From Alphaproteobacteria bacterium (lineage in GTDB: Bacteria > Pseudomonadota > Alphaproteobacteria > Sphingomonadales > JAKSBY01), in assembly GCA_021774625.1 (NCBI GenBank), contig JAJFIV010000031.1, forward strand, positions 64,180 through 128,179: a stretch of 64,000 nt of DNA, given 5' to 3'. A program made the translations under genes and the position numbers. The notes beneath the pieces are model-generated. The model was given only the letters and a program-made list of their open reading frames with translations. It made no database searches and was not told where the DNA came from. This document shows, one piece after another, positions 42,121 to 52,676 of the stretch (positions are counted from its first letter, which is position 1; every line of letters begins with the position of its first letter).

Positions 42121-42573
42121 ATGATTACCCTGTCTGTCAATGGCGAGGAACGGGAGTTTGACGGCGACCCGGAAATGCCGCTTTTGTGGTATCTGCGTGA
42201 TGAACTTGGTTATACCGGCACAAAATTCGGCTGCGGCGCAGGGCTATGCGGGGCCTGTACGGTGCATCAGGACGGGGTCGCAACCCGGTCCTGCATGACG
42301 CAGATGCTGGATGTGGATGGGGTTGCTATCACCACAATCGAAGGTCTGAGCAAAGACGGCAGCCATCCGGTTCAGCTTGCCTGGATCAAACATAAAGTGC
42401 CCCAGTGCGGCTATTGTCAGGCGGGACAGATCATGCAGGCGGCTTCCTTATTGGCGGAAAATTCCAATCCGAGCGATGAGGATATCGACACGGCCATGTG
42501 GGGCAATATCTGCCGCTGCGGCACCTATCAGCGGGTCAGGGCGGCCATCAAAACAGCGGCGGGAGACCTATGA
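42121..42573 (+). CDS. (2Fe-2S)-binding small subunit, second IorA-like copy
   Basis: [16 protein letters not shown] and [10 protein letters not shown]...ICRCGTY. It shows an ATGA overlap with the next gene. Confidence 0.85.
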   Translation: MITLSVNGEEREFDGDPEMPLLWYLRDELGYTGTKFGCGAGLCGACTVHQDGVATRSCMTQMLDVDGVAITTIEGLSKDGSHPVQLAWIKHKVPQCGYCQAGQIMQAASLLAENSNPSDEDIDTAMWGNICRCGTYQRVRAAIKTAAGDL

Positions 42574-44813
42574 TGAGAGCGATCCGGAATGTTTCCCGTC
42601 GGGGATTTTTGAAGAGCACAGCGGCCGCCGGTTTCATCATCGGGCTGCAACTGCCGAACAAGATCGTGCAGGGACAACAGGCGGTGGAGGACGACAAATT
42701 CGCGCCCAATCTGTTTGTCCGCATTGATGATCAGGGAACGGTCACCATCATTGCGCCCCGGCCCGATATGGGGCAGGCGGTGCGCACAGCCCTGCCGCAG
42801 ATTCTGGCCGACGAACTGGAAGCCGACTGGGACCGGATTGAAGTCGAACAGGCGCTGGCCGACGTGAAATACGGCCCGCAAGGGGTAGGCGCATCCGACA
42901 GTGTGCGCGATTCCTTTATGATGCTGCGCCAGGCCGGTGCGGCGGCGCGCCAGATGCTGGTGCAGGCGGCCGCAAATGAATGGGGCGTGGATGCCGGAGA
43001 CTGTGAAGCGCGCATGCACAAGGTGTATCACCCGGCCAGCGGACGCTCGGCGGATTACGGCGAACTGGCCATGGCGGCTTCCACCCTGCCGGTGCCGGAT
43101 GCGGACAGCCTGACCCTCAAGGACGCCGCCGATTTCCGTTATATCGGCCAGGATATGGAAATTGTCGATTTGCGGGATATCGTCCGCGGCAAGGCCCAGT
43201 ATGGTATTGATACGGTTGTCCCGGGCATGAAATACGCCAGCGTAGTGCGCTGCCCGGTTTTTGGCGGCAAGGTGAAAAGCTTTGATGACAGCGCCGCCCT
43301 GGATGTCGCCGGCGTTGAGCGGGTCTTCGAGATTGAAGGCGGCGGCGGTGCGCCGTCCTATAACAGCCTTGGCGGCGTGGCCGTGGTCGCCAATTCCACC
43401 TGGGCGGCGAAAAAAGGCGCCGATGCGCTAAGCATTGAATGGGATATGGGGCCCAATGCCGTCTATAATTCTGATGCCTACAAAACCCTGCTGCAGGAAC
43501 GGGTCCGCCAGCCGGGCAAACTGATCCGGGAACAGGGCGATGTGGAGCAGGGCATGGCCTCAGCCGCAAAAACTGTAGAGGCGGAATATTATGTGCCCCA
43601 TCTGGTGCACGCCACCATGGAACCCATGGCCGCCGTCGCCCATGTGGAGGGCGATAAGGTGCAACTGTGGATGCCGACCCAGGATCCGCAGGGCACCAAG
43701 AGCTTTATCAATCAGGCGCTTGGCTTCGCTGATGAGAATATCACCATCAACTGCACCCTGATGGGCGGCGGTTTCGGCAGGAAATCCAAGGCGGATTTCG
43801 GCGTCGAGGCGGTACGGATTTCGCGGGAAATCGGCGCCCCGGTAAAAGTGACCTGGTCGCGGGAGAATGAGATTCAGCACGGCTATTATCATGCGGTCTG
43901 CGCCCAGCGCCTGCGGGCGGGTCTTGATCATGACGGCCGCGCGATTGCCTGGCATCACTGCACGGCTTTCCCCTCCATCGGCTCCACTTTCCAGGAAGGA
44001 GCCACCTACGGCCTGGAGTTCGAAATCAATCAGGGGGTGGTCGATGTGCCTTTTGATATTCCCAACATCCGCTGTGAGAATGCCGAGGCCGAAGCCCATG
44101 TCCGGATCGGCTGGTTCCGCTCGGTCTGCAATATCAACCACGCCTTTGCGTTTAATTCCTTTGTTTCCGAAATGGCGGAAGCGGCAGGCGCAGATCCGGG
44201 CGCGTATCTGCTGCAGCTGATGGGCGAGCCCCGGTATTTCGATCCCAGCAATGAGAAAACCAAATTCTGGAATTACGGCAAGGAAACCGCCGATTATCCG
44301 TTTGATACGGGGCGGCTATCCCATGTGATCCGCGTTGCCATGGACAAGGCGGGCTGGGGCCGGGATCTGCCCAAGGGCCACGGCCTCGGCGTCGCCGCTC
44401 ACAGAAGCTTCCTCACCTATGTGGCGGCCGTGGTGGAGGTCGCCGTGGATGACAATGGCGATCTGAGTATCCCGGCGGTGCATTATGCTGTGGATTGCGG
44501 CCTTGTGGTCAATCCCGACCGCATCCGCGCGCAGGTGGAAGGTGGGGCGGTTTATGGCGTCAGCCTGGCGCTCAATGGTGAAATCACCATGCGCGAAGGC
44601 GCGGTGGAGCAGAGCAATTTCCATGATTATGAAGTCTGCCGGATCGATAATGCGCCGGAAGTCCATGTGCATATCATTGAAAGCGATGAAAAGCCTACCG
44701 GCATCGGCGAGCCCCCGGTGCCGCCCTTTGCCCCGGCGCTGATCAATGCGATCCATGCCGCCACCGGAAAACGCATCCGCACCCTGCCGATCCGGGATCA
44801 GTTGCGGGCATGA
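42570..44813 (+). CDS. Molybdopterin-binding large subunit, second IorB-like copy, Tat-exported
   Basis: The preferred start is [25 protein letters not shown] (twin-Arg). The C-terminal block is [29 protein letters not shown]. The ORF track starts at 42498. Confidence 0.85.
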   Translation: MMRAIRNVSRRGFLKSTAAAGFIIGLQLPNKIVQGQQAVEDDKFAPNLFVRIDDQGTVTIIAPRPDMGQAVRTALPQILADELEADWDRIEVEQALADVKYGPQGVGASDSVRDSFMMLRQAGAAARQMLVQAAANEWGVDAGDCEARMHKVYHPASGRSADYGELAMAASTLPVPDADSLTLKDAADFRYIGQDMEIVDLRDIVRGKAQYGIDTVVPGMKYASVVRCPVFGGKVKSFDDSAALDVAGVERVFEIEGGGGAPSYNSLGGVAVVANSTWAAKKGADALSIEWDMGPNAVYNSDAYKTLLQERVRQPGKLIREQGDVEQGMASAAKTVEAEYYVPHLVHATMEPMAAVAHVEGDKVQLWMPTQDPQGTKSFINQALGFADENITINCTLMGGGFGRKSKADFGVEAVRISREIGAPVKVTWSRENEIQHGYYHAVCAQRLRAGLDHDGRAIAWHHCTAFPSIGSTFQEGATYGLEFEINQGVVDVPFDIPNIRCENAEAEAHVRIGWFRSVCNINHAFAFNSFVSEMAEAAGADPGAYLLQLMGEPRYFDPSNEKTKFWNYGKETADYPFDTGRLSHVIRVAMDKAGWGRDLPKGHGLGVAAHRSFLTYVAAVVEVAVDDNGDLSIPAVHYAVDCGLVVNPDRIRAQVEGGAVYGVSLALNGEITMREGAVEQSNFHDYEVCRIDNAPEVHVHIIESDEKPTGIGEPPVPPFAPALINAIHAATGKRIRTLPIRDQLRA

Positions 44814-44835
44814 GGCGCATCAAGGGTCGATCATC

Positions 44836-44869
44836 CGCGAATTTTGCGGTAAACAGGCCGAAATTCGCG
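44836..44869 (+). terminator. Hairpin CGCGAATTT-N16-AAATTCGCG just after the IorB-like stop
   Basis: Perfect 9-bp arms plus inner CGG/CCG pairs. No U-tract follows. Confidence 0.35.
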
Positions 44870-44941
44870 CCGGGTTGAGCCCCGAACGAACCTGTATGCG
44901 CTATACTCAGGCCAAAGAACGTTCACAAACAGGGGGACGTC

Positions 44942-46135
44942 ATGGCGACAGCAGCACATACAGATTTCCAGGGTCCACTGATCGTGGCCAAGGCAGGCGA
45001 GCGGCTGCAATCCATTGATATCCTGCGCGGTCTTGTGATGGTGATCATGGCGCTGGATCATTTCCGGGATTTTTTCTCAAGCGCAAATTTCTCGCCAACG
45101 GATCTTTCAAGCACCACGGTGATGTATTTTCTGACCCGCTGGATTACCCATTTCTGTGCGCCGGTTTTTGTCTTTCTGGCCGGCACATCCGCCTATCTGG
45201 CGCTGATGAAGGGAAAAAGCCGCAAAGAACTCGCCCGCTTCCTTGTCACACGCGGCTTATGGCTCATTGTGGTCGAGTTTGTTATTGTCGCGTTCGTTTG
45301 GAATTTTTCCTTTCTGGGTCCGATTTATGTTCAGGTGATATGGGTCATCGGCGTCTCGATGATTGTTCTCGGCGGGCTGATTTATCTGCCGCTGCCGGCA
45401 ATTGCGGCGTTCGGTCTCCTGATGATTGCCCTTCATCATCTTCTGGACGGGATTCAGGCGCAGGATTTCGGCTCGCTGGCCCTGGTATGGGCCGTTCTCC
45501 ATCAACCCTACCAAACCGGCATCGGCGGAATCGGATTTGCCATTATTTATCCGCTCATCCCATGGGTGGGGGTGATGGCCATCGGGTATGCCTTTGGCGT
45601 TTTTTATTTACGATCAGCAACGGATCGGCGAAAACTGTTTCTCACAATTGGCCTTGCCGTGATTGCCCTTTTCGTTATCGTCCGTTATCTGAATATCTAT
45701 GGCGATCCCAATCCATGGCAGGGCCAGGATAATATCGCCTTCACGCTGCTCTCTTTTTTAAACACAACAAAATATCCGGCCTCATTATTATTTCTTCTGA
45801 TGACGCTTGGTCCCGCCATTCTGCTGCTGGTGGCCTTTGAGAGCTGGTCCGGGCGGATCGCAGACTTTTTGCTGGTATTCGGACGTGTGCCCCTGTTTTT
45901 CTATATTTTCCATATCTTTCTCGGGCATGTCGCAATGATTGCCGCCGGGATGCTGCAGGGGTTTGAAATGACGCAAATGCTGGGGCCCTTTTGGGCGGCC
46001 CCGGGGGAGTATGGATTTGGCTTGCCCGGCGTTTACTTGATATGGGCGGGGCTGGTCTTGCTGCTATATCCTCTTTGCAAATGGTATGCCGGTGTAAAAA
46101 GGCGGTATAAACATCCGTTATTATCTTATCTGTAA
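44942..46135 (+). CDS. DUF1624 / heparan-alpha-glucosaminide N-acetyltransferase-like membrane protein
   Basis: RLQSIDILRGLVMVIMALDHFRDF and about 10 TM. Confidence 0.65.
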   Translation: MATAAHTDFQGPLIVAKAGERLQSIDILRGLVMVIMALDHFRDFFSSANFSPTDLSSTTVMYFLTRWITHFCAPVFVFLAGTSAYLALMKGKSRKELARFLVTRGLWLIVVEFVIVAFVWNFSFLGPIYVQVIWVIGVSMIVLGGLIYLPLPAIAAFGLLMIALHHLLDGIQAQDFGSLALVWAVLHQPYQTGIGGIGFAIIYPLIPWVGVMAIGYAFGVFYLRSATDRRKLFLTIGLAVIALFVIVRYLNIYGDPNPWQGQDNIAFTLLSFLNTTKYPASLLFLLMTLGPAILLLVAFESWSGRIADFLLVFGRVPLFFYIFHIFLGHVAMIAAGMLQGFEMTQMLGPFWAAPGEYGFGLPGVYLIWAGLVLLLYPLCKWYAGVKRRYKHPLLSYL

Positions 46136-46242
46136 TGGGGACTCCATCTTAAGGATTGAGTAAGCCGCTTTTGTCATAATCACCTCACTGAAATACAGGA
46201 CAAAAGGCCCGGGTTGGGGGCGGGTCTTGCCGGGAGGTAAGA

Positions 46243-46809
46243 TTGCCGCAGAATGATCAAGATTTACTGGACGCGCCATCGGTGGATACCGATGAGTTTG
46301 ACCTTCCGAAGGAAGCAACGCCCGAGGAATATTACCGCTGGCTGTCCGAGCGCAAACTTGAATTCCGCCATCCCAAGATCAAAGCGCTTTACGAATATTA
46401 TGAATCCAAGCGCCCCGGCCCGGATATCATGCCCTCCCGCAATGATCTGGTGCTGAGGGATATTACCGAACATCTGCCCCATAACGTGCTGACCGAGGTG
46501 ACTGGCGATCCCCGGGCCGGGCCGGACAGTTTTTTCTGCCGCATTTTTGGAAACACTCTCACCGAAGTTTTCGGTTATGAAATGTCGCGCAGGCTGCTTT
46601 CCGAATATCCCAAACAGGAGCGCATGCTGCGAACCTATTTCATCCATATGTTTGTAACGGAGAGTAAAAAGCCATTGTGTATTTATGGCCCTCTCATGGC
46701 TTCCGGAAAAGATTTCCTGAAAACCGAAGGGCTGTTTCTTCCCCTTTCCTATGACAAAGAACGGGTCGATCACATTCTCTGCGAACTGCGTTTCAGCGGC
46801 ATTTCCTGA
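46243..46809 (+). CDS. PAS_5 (DUF1457)-type PAS domain protein
   Basis: The layout is typical of the alphaproteobacterial family (..LYEYYESKRPGPDIMPSRNDLVLRDITEHLPHNVLTEV..). Confidence 0.55.
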   Translation: MPQNDQDLLDAPSVDTDEFDLPKEATPEEYYRWLSERKLEFRHPKIKALYEYYESKRPGPDIMPSRNDLVLRDITEHLPHNVLTEVTGDPRAGPDSFFCRIFGNTLTEVFGYEMSRRLLSEYPKQERMLRTYFIHMFVTESKKPLCIYGPLMASGKDFLKTEGLFLPLSYDKERVDHILCELRFSGIS

Positions 46810-46855
46810 TGATTCAAGTCTACAGATATTGAAAAATGCCTGCCGAGCAGGCGTA

Positions 46856-48568
46856 TCACAACCTTTCGGCCTCCACGAAAGACTTTGCCGCCGCGATAGC
46901 CTGTTTCCGCTCTCTGATAATCTGTGCGAACGGTATGTTAGTCAGGACGCCCAGCCCCTCAAGCGTCTTGAGCGCATCTCCCTCAAGCCCGGATATAATC
47001 ACATGGAGATTGTTTTTTTGGGATAGGCTGATCAGTTCATTGATCGCGAGTGCCGCGCTGGTATCAAGGTATCCCGTCAGGGAGAAATCATAGATAACAA
47101 CCCGGCAGCCCGTCAGGGTTGGCGGCGCGCGCCGGGCCAGGTCGCGGGCGGAGGCGTAGGAAAAGGAACCATGTAATATCGTCACCAGAATTTTTCCGTC
47201 AGCCTGCCGTAACAAGGCTTTTTCCTCTTCGCTCAGCTGTTCAAGTTCTTCGGCGTTTGATGTCTGCTTAAGGCCTTTGATTTGTTCCGCTGCCTGATAG
47301 CGGGCGGTAACAAAGCTCGCAAGGATAATGCCGACCGCCACCGCAGTGATCAGATCGACAAAAACGGTCAACCCTAGCGTCACCAGCATGACGATAAATT
47401 TTTCACGGGGGGCGTGCCGCATACGGACCAAATATCCCCAATCGATAATATCCCAGCCCACTTTGATGAGTATGGCGGCAAGCACGCTATGCGGCACCAT
47501 TGACACGATTGGTCCCGCTCCCAGCGCGACGGTCAGGAGAATAAGAGCATGTAAAATACCTGATACAGGGCTGTGTCCGCCAGCCCGCACATTTACGATC
47601 GTCCGCATGGTGGCGCCGGCGCCGGGCAGTGCGCCAAAAAGCCCCGCAATAAGATTTCCTATCCCCTGGCCTACAAGTTCTTTATCTGAGTCATGGTTCG
47701 TCTTCGTTATGGAATCGGCGACAAGCGAAGTGAGCAGGCTGTCTATGGTGCCCAGAAGCGCAAGAACGAATGCCGGCTGAAGTATTTTCATTATGTCGGC
47801 GAGGAAAAAAGACGGCGTGATGATGGATGGCAAACCCGAAGGCACAGCGCCGAGGACCGGCACCCCTTCGAAGATCGTGGCCCCCAATACGCTTCCGGCC
47901 AAAAGAGCCACCAACGGCGCGGGAATGATTCTCTGCAATTTAACAGGCCAGAAGATAATCAAAGTCAAACAGAATCCGGCAAGCATAAATGCCTTGAGAT
48001 TGGCGAATGACGGATCAATTTCCACCAATGCTTGCAGTGTGCCGTATATTCCCGCGTCCGATGACGGCAGACCGATAAAGGGCAGGGTTTGCAGAATAAG
48101 GATGATCACGCCGATCCCGGTCATGAATCCCGATATGACGGAATAAGGCGTGTAAACGATATATCGTCCCAGACGAAGCATGCCGAATATAATCTGAATG
48201 ACACCGCCAAGCATAACAATCAGAAAGGCTTCCGGAAGGTTGTTGGCGTGGCTGGCAATCACGGCCCCCATTACCACAGTCATGGGGCCAGTAGGACCAG
48301 ATATCTGGGAGGCAGTGCCGCCAAATAATGTGGCAAAAAATCCGACGGCGATAGCGCCATAAAGACCTGCAATGGGACCAGCGCCTGAGGCAACGCCAAA
48401 TGCGAGTGCAAGCGGCAGCGCAACAATGGAGGCGGTCAAACCGCCGAAAAAATCATTCTTGAAAGCCTTCAGGTTATAACCGGAGCGGAACGTTTTTAAT
48501 AGAGACGGGGTAAAAAGCTGAATAAGGCTGTGACCCTTGTGCGAAACTTTTTCCGGTGCCCTGTTCAT
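46856..48568 (-). CDS. SulP-family anion transporter with C-terminal STAS domain
   Basis: The N-terminus has FKNDFFGGLTASIVALPLALAFGVASG, followed by multiple TM. The STAS-like tail is ..VIYDFSLTGYLDTSAALAINELI.. Confidence 0.9.
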   Translation of the reverse strand: MNRAPEKVSHKGHSLIQLFTPSLLKTFRSGYNLKAFKNDFFGGLTASIVALPLALAFGVASGAGPIAGLYGAIAVGFFATLFGGTASQISGPTGPMTVVMGAVIASHANNLPEAFLIVMLGGVIQIIFGMLRLGRYIVYTPYSVISGFMTGIGVIILILQTLPFIGLPSSDAGIYGTLQALVEIDPSFANLKAFMLAGFCLTLIIFWPVKLQRIIPAPLVALLAGSVLGATIFEGVPVLGAVPSGLPSIITPSFFLADIMKILQPAFVLALLGTIDSLLTSLVADSITKTNHDSDKELVGQGIGNLIAGLFGALPGAGATMRTIVNVRAGGHSPVSGILHALILLTVALGAGPIVSMVPHSVLAAILIKVGWDIIDWGYLVRMRHAPREKFIVMLVTLGLTVFVDLITAVAVGIILASFVTARYQAAEQIKGLKQTSNAEELEQLSEEEKALLRQADGKILVTILHGSFSYASARDLARRAPPTLTGCRVVIYDFSLTGYLDTSAALAINELISLSQKNNLHVIISGLEGDALKTLEGLGVLTNIPFAQIIRERKQAIAAAKSFVEAERL

Positions 48569-48665
48569 GACTCATCCGTATTTATTATGACGTTTTATAT
48601 TCGGGAGCAGATGACGTATGCAACAAGCAATTTACTGCAAGAGGAAGATATCCGCTGCCCTGCAC

Positions 48666-49973
48666 CTATTCCAGCAAATCTGATGGCAGACGGGGCGAGG
48701 CCAGAAGGTCGGCATAGGCTTTCCAGCGGCCATCCTGACTGTCACCGCCATGGCGCGTCACATAGTCACGCGCCATCTCAGCACCCAGATTATAATTGAT
48801 GACATAGCCGCGATAGGTCTCGATGAAACTGACCGACTGTTCGGCCCGCTCAAACGATGTCATGCCGTATTTTTGCGACAGGGCGATGGCTTCCTCGCGG
48901 CTGATATCACCATTCAGATAATCGCGGGCGATTTCATTGCGGGAAAAGGCGAGATCGCCCGAAAGCTCGCGGAATTCAAAATAGGCATCGGTCAGCGTCG
49001 GGTCGAGGCCCGCCGCCGGGAACAGCACATCCCGTTCGAATTCCATCCGCGCCGTGCCGGGAAAGGCCATTTCAATCCCCAGGTTAGCCGTTCCTTCGGC
49101 GATCAGGGATTGCGGGCTGAACAGGGGGTAGACCGAGAATTCCACCCAGCCCCGCTCATTCACCAGACTGGTTTCCAGAAGCGCGTTATAGGTATGATGG
49201 CCCGGATAACCTTCATGACAGCCGAGATCTACGGCGCGGTCGAGGTAAATCGGAAAATCGGTGTTAATCTGGATCAGGGAATAGGCGTTGCCCTGATACC
49301 AGTTATAGCCGCTCCAGGGCTTGTCTTTGACATATTCCAGCGTAAAGCGTTCACCGTCCGGCAGGGTGATATGCTCCATGGTGCGCGCCCGGCAGCCGTC
49401 CAGCGCCGCCGTCATCACCGCATCCAGCCTGTCTTCGGGAATGACAAACTGGCTGCGGAAGGCGTTGACCCGGTCCGACAGCGGGGCATCGCCCGGTATC
49501 AGGGCGCTGATCTCATCAAGGATCGCGTCATAATAAGTGAGGTCGCGGTCCGGCGCCGTCGCATCATAAAGAAGAGCCGTTTCCTCATCGAAGGCCAGCG
49601 TTTCGCCGTCCAGCATCCGCAGGCGGGTGTGAACGGCGCGCAACTGTTTAATCTGATAATTGCGGCGGGCAGCTGTCATCCCGTCCCCGGCGGCGGGCAG
49701 GGCTGTGATTTGTTCCATCAGCGCCGCCGCTTCCGCCTTCAATTCCGCAATGCCGGTTTTGTTGGCCGTGGCCTCCGTGCGCCATGCCTCCGGCCCGTAA
49801 TAGGCATCGACGAAATTGGCGTCATGCGCACCCACCGCCAGCACCAGTTTCACATACTGTTCGGCGAAGGCGTCATAGTCCGGTGGGACGGGAGCCTCTT
49901 CCGGCGCGCAGGCCGCAAGGCCGAATGCGGTGATCGCGATGGCTGTGAATGTTCTGAATGTCGTTCCCGGCAT
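48666..49973 (-). CDS. DUF885-like lipoprotein (metallopeptidase-like HEGYPGHH motif)
   Basis: The lipobox is ITAFGLAAC and the motif is CHEGYPGHHTYN. It is shorter than typical DUF885 proteins. Confidence 0.55.
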   Translation of the reverse strand: MPGTTFRTFTAIAITAFGLAACAPEEAPVPPDYDAFAEQYVKLVLAVGAHDANFVDAYYGPEAWRTEATANKTGIAELKAEAAALMEQITALPAAGDGMTAARRNYQIKQLRAVHTRLRMLDGETLAFDEETALLYDATAPDRDLTYYDAILDEISALIPGDAPLSDRVNAFRSQFVIPEDRLDAVMTAALDGCRARTMEHITLPDGERFTLEYVKDKPWSGYNWYQGNAYSLIQINTDFPIYLDRAVDLGCHEGYPGHHTYNALLETSLVNERGWVEFSVYPLFSPQSLIAEGTANLGIEMAFPGTARMEFERDVLFPAAGLDPTLTDAYFEFRELSGDLAFSRNEIARDYLNGDISREEAIALSQKYGMTSFERAEQSVSFIETYRGYVINYNLGAEMARDYVTRHGGDSQDGRWKAYADLLASPRLPSDLLE

Positions 49974-50056
49974 GTGGTGTCTCCCATTATCGTTGCCCCA
50001 GGGGAAATAGCAGTATAGCTTTCCGCGAAACGGGTCCAGATATTAGGTGGTAAGAG

Positions 50057-50389
50057 ATGGCGAAAATCAGACTGAATCCCCTGCAGGCCCGCACCCTGGC
50101 CCTGTTCCAGGAACTGGCGGCGGATGAGGAAATCGCGGTCCGTGATGAGGAAAGCGGCGGTATCCGCATTCACGCCCTCCCCCGCGCCCATGGCGATCAC
50201 ATGCATGTCGGCCGCTTCAGTGTTTCCAGCCGCTTCGCCAGCGGGCTGACCAATGAAAATGTCTGGCGGGTGCTGGAACGGAAAGGGCTGATCCACCCGG
50301 ACTTTCCCCATTCCGTGCTGTTGCTGCCGGAAGGCCTGGCGTTCGAAACCGGCATTCGTGAGCGCATGCTGGCGGAATCGGATCACTGA
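50057..50389 (+). CDS. Hypothetical protein (110 aa)
   Basis: The ORF has normal composition. No family was recognised. Confidence 0.45.
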   Translation: MAKIRLNPLQARTLALFQELAADEEIAVRDEESGGIRIHALPRAHGDHMHVGRFSVSSRFASGLTNENVWRVLERKGLIHPDFPHSVLLLPEGLAFETGIRERMLAESDH

Positions 50390-50416
50390 TGAAATAAAGT
50401 TAATTCAAGCGTATTT

Positions 50417-50875
50417 TTATTCAAAATGCAGACTAGGAATTCTCATTTTAAGGCTGTTATCTGATGGGACGTATGGGGAGACGGTAGGGGGAGTGTCGTA
50501 ATACTCCTTCTCAATGCTTTTTCGATAGTTACGTAACTCATAAGTTGGATCTTCGAGCATAAGATATGCGCAACTACACATCAACCAATGGCGGCGGTCT
50601 TCACCGTCAAATATAATAGGACTCTTAGAAGCAGGACCAAAACATTCCAGTGTCTCCTGCGGTTGACGCAGGCTGCCTTCAAGATGCTTCAAACAAAAAC
50701 TTGGCCAATAATAGTTTCCTTTTTCAGGTATAGGAACCGGGCCGGTCCAGGCATTGCCGGAGGATATTGTAATAACAAGCAATCCGGCGATGGCGAGAGG
50801 CACCAACGGCGCCAGAAGGAAAGCGCCCAAAAACCGTCGTGATTGCTGTGACAGAGTGTTCATCGCAAACCCCAT
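50417..50875 (-). CDS. Low-GC hypothetical membrane-anchored/secreted protein
   Basis: The hydrophobic N-terminus is RRFLGAFLLAPLVPLAIAGLLVI and there are several Cys. Spot GC counts are 17/60 (50401-50460) and 23/60 (50521-50580). Confidence 0.45.
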   Translation of the reverse strand: MGFAMNTLSQQSRRFLGAFLLAPLVPLAIAGLLVITISSGNAWTGPVPIPEKGNYYWPSFCLKHLEGSLRQPQETLECFGPASKSPIIFDGEDRRHWLMCSCAYLMLEDPTYELRNYRKSIEKEYYDTPPTVSPYVPSDNSLKMRIPSLHFE

Positions 50876-50937
50876 TGCACACAGCCTATAGTATAGCAGG
50901 AAAGGAAGTTTTGCGCCAGCCTACGGTTAAACACCGC

Positions 50938-50985
50938 TGTCACCCCCGCGCCCGGCCTCCGCAGGGACAAGCTTTGCGGGAATGA
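50938..50985. repeat. Imperfect hairpin element GTCACCCCCGC...GCGGGAATGAC (REP-like)
   Basis: The minus strand reads GTCATTCCCGCAAAG.., which translates to VIPAK / SFPQS. This resembles the widespread alphaproteobacterial intergenic repeat that yields VIPAKAGIQ / SFPRRRES pseudo-peptides. Only one copy is present in this window. Confidence 0.3.
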
Positions 50986-51091
50986 CACGATATACCCGCC
51001 CTTCGACAGGTTCAGGACGGACGGCGGAGGAATGTATAAAAAGTCAAGCAACCGTTCGGGCTGAGACTGTCGAAGCCCTGGGATAAGATTG

Positions 51092-52435
51092 CTACTTGTA
51101 CCGCTTGCCCCCCTTGAAGACCATATCCACATCCTGCAACAGGCTGATATAGCGGAGCACGTCGCCCTTCACCGCGATGATATCGGCATAGCTTCCGGGT
51201 GTAACGGTGCCCCAGTTCTGATCGACGCCCATGAATTTGGCGGGCCAGTAGGTGGCGGCGCGGATGGCCTCCATGGGCGGGATGTCCATCACATTCACCC
51301 AGACATCCAGTTCATGCCAGGTGGACTGGCAGTGGAACTTCATGGGAATGCCGGAATCGGTGCCGATCATCAGGACAACACCGGCTTCGCGAAGCTGGGC
51401 GATCTTGTTTTTCAGGGTTGGCTTGCGGAGCGGGGTCAACTGGAAATAGGACAGCCGTTCCGGGTTTTCGATGGACTGCTGAATATCGGCGATGGTATCC
51501 GCCTCCAACCCTTCCTTCCAGCAGGTATTGTCCAGTTCCTCCCGGTTGGCCAGAAGATAATCGTGATTCCACAGCCCCTCCACCGTCGGTGTCCAGAACA
51601 GCGGGCCGCCAAAGACCCGGCCCTTGGCGGTGCGCTCCCGCAGCAAATCCATGATATCGTCCGGATAGCCGGGGGCGGCGGCAAGGCCGGTATGTTCAAA
51701 ATTATCGACGCCGATCTCAAGGCCGCGGCGGATTTCATCGGGCCGGTGGGAATGGGCGACGACGGGCAGGCCGTGTTTGTGGGCTTCATCGACCACGGCG
51801 GCGGCTTCCTCCAAGGTCATCAGATCCTGATCGATCAGCTTGATCACATCGACCCCGGCATCGGCGAGGCGCTTGACCTTTGTCCGGGCGTCCCGCTCGC
51901 CATCCACGCCCCAGCGGAACGCTTCCGTGCCGGGATAGGCTTCCTTCTGAAGGAAGGGGCCGGAAATGAACAGCCGGGGGCCGGGGATTTCACCGGTCTC
52001 GATCCGCCGTTTGACGGCAAGGGAATCGTCCAGCGGCGCGCCAAGATCGCGGGCCGATGTGACGCCCGCCATCAACAGCTGTCTGGCGGAAGCGGGCATG
52101 ATTTCCGTTGCGAACCGGTCGGGATAGGTCCTGTCCCAGTGATCATAGTCAGAATGGCCGGTGATCATCAGATGGACATGCATGTCCCACAGGCCGGGCA
52201 GCACGCTCATACCGTCCGTCGAGATCACTTCGTACCCGTCCGGCACCGGCAGCGTATCGACCGTTCCCACCGCCGTGATCCGCTCGCCATCAATCAGAAT
52301 GACGCTGTTATGGACCGGCTCCGCCTTATAGCCGTCAATCAGCGATCCGCCGACCAGAGCTTTTTTTGCGTTATCGGATTGGGCGGAAACCGCCGTTGAA
52401 AACAAAAAAACCAGAATGACCCCAAGAAAACGCAT
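51092..52435 (-). CDS. Secreted amidohydrolase family protein
   Basis: The signal peptide is MRFLGVILVFLFSTAVSAQ. LWDMHVHL, VVAHSH and the C-terminal ADIIAVKGD are present. The ORF track extends to 52489. Confidence 0.8.
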   Translation of the reverse strand: MRFLGVILVFLFSTAVSAQSDNAKKALVGGSLIDGYKAEPVHNSVILIDGERITAVGTVDTLPVPDGYEVISTDGMSVLPGLWDMHVHLMITGHSDYDHWDRTYPDRFATEIMPASARQLLMAGVTSARDLGAPLDDSLAVKRRIETGEIPGPRLFISGPFLQKEAYPGTEAFRWGVDGERDARTKVKRLADAGVDVIKLIDQDLMTLEEAAAVVDEAHKHGLPVVAHSHRPDEIRRGLEIGVDNFEHTGLAAAPGYPDDIMDLLRERTAKGRVFGGPLFWTPTVEGLWNHDYLLANREELDNTCWKEGLEADTIADIQQSIENPERLSYFQLTPLRKPTLKNKIAQLREAGVVLMIGTDSGIPMKFHCQSTWHELDVWVNVMDIPPMEAIRAATYWPAKFMGVDQNWGTVTPGSYADIIAVKGDVLRYISLLQDVDMVFKGGKRYK

Positions 52436-52583
52436 GCCCCTTCTCCCTTTTTGTCGCCGTAAGGTGACGGGAAAAAAGCCGGGCGTCAAGTTTGCGCCCT
52501 ATCGGCAGGATGGACCCTTTATTGACGTGTGGCCTGAAAAAGCGCTCCGTGAAGCCTGTTATATGTCTTCTCTATGTCTTCGG

Positions 52584-52612
52584 TTTGACCCTGGGACAAA
52601 CGCCGTCTATAT
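52584..52612 (+). promoter_or_regulatory. Promoter candidate TTTGAC-N17-CTATAT upstream of ilvE
   Basis: Read directly. It matches the alphaproteobacterial CTTGAC-N17-CTATAT consensus in 11 of 12 positions and ends 65 nt before the ilvE ATG. Confidence 0.35.
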
Positions 52613-52676
52613 GATTGGCCGGGAGTGAGCGTTGCGTGGAAAATTTTGTAAAGACAGAACGATAAGGAAGAACGAG

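Noticed and set aside
42498-42569. Upstream extension of the second IorB-like ORF, and similar 5' extensions at 6121-6276, 31132-31254, 31190-31315, 52436-52489, 57040-57150 and 60024-60353.
   Set aside because: The extensions overlap neighbouring genes or lack family-like sequence. Internal Met codons give proper signal or Tat leaders, or SD-like sequences.
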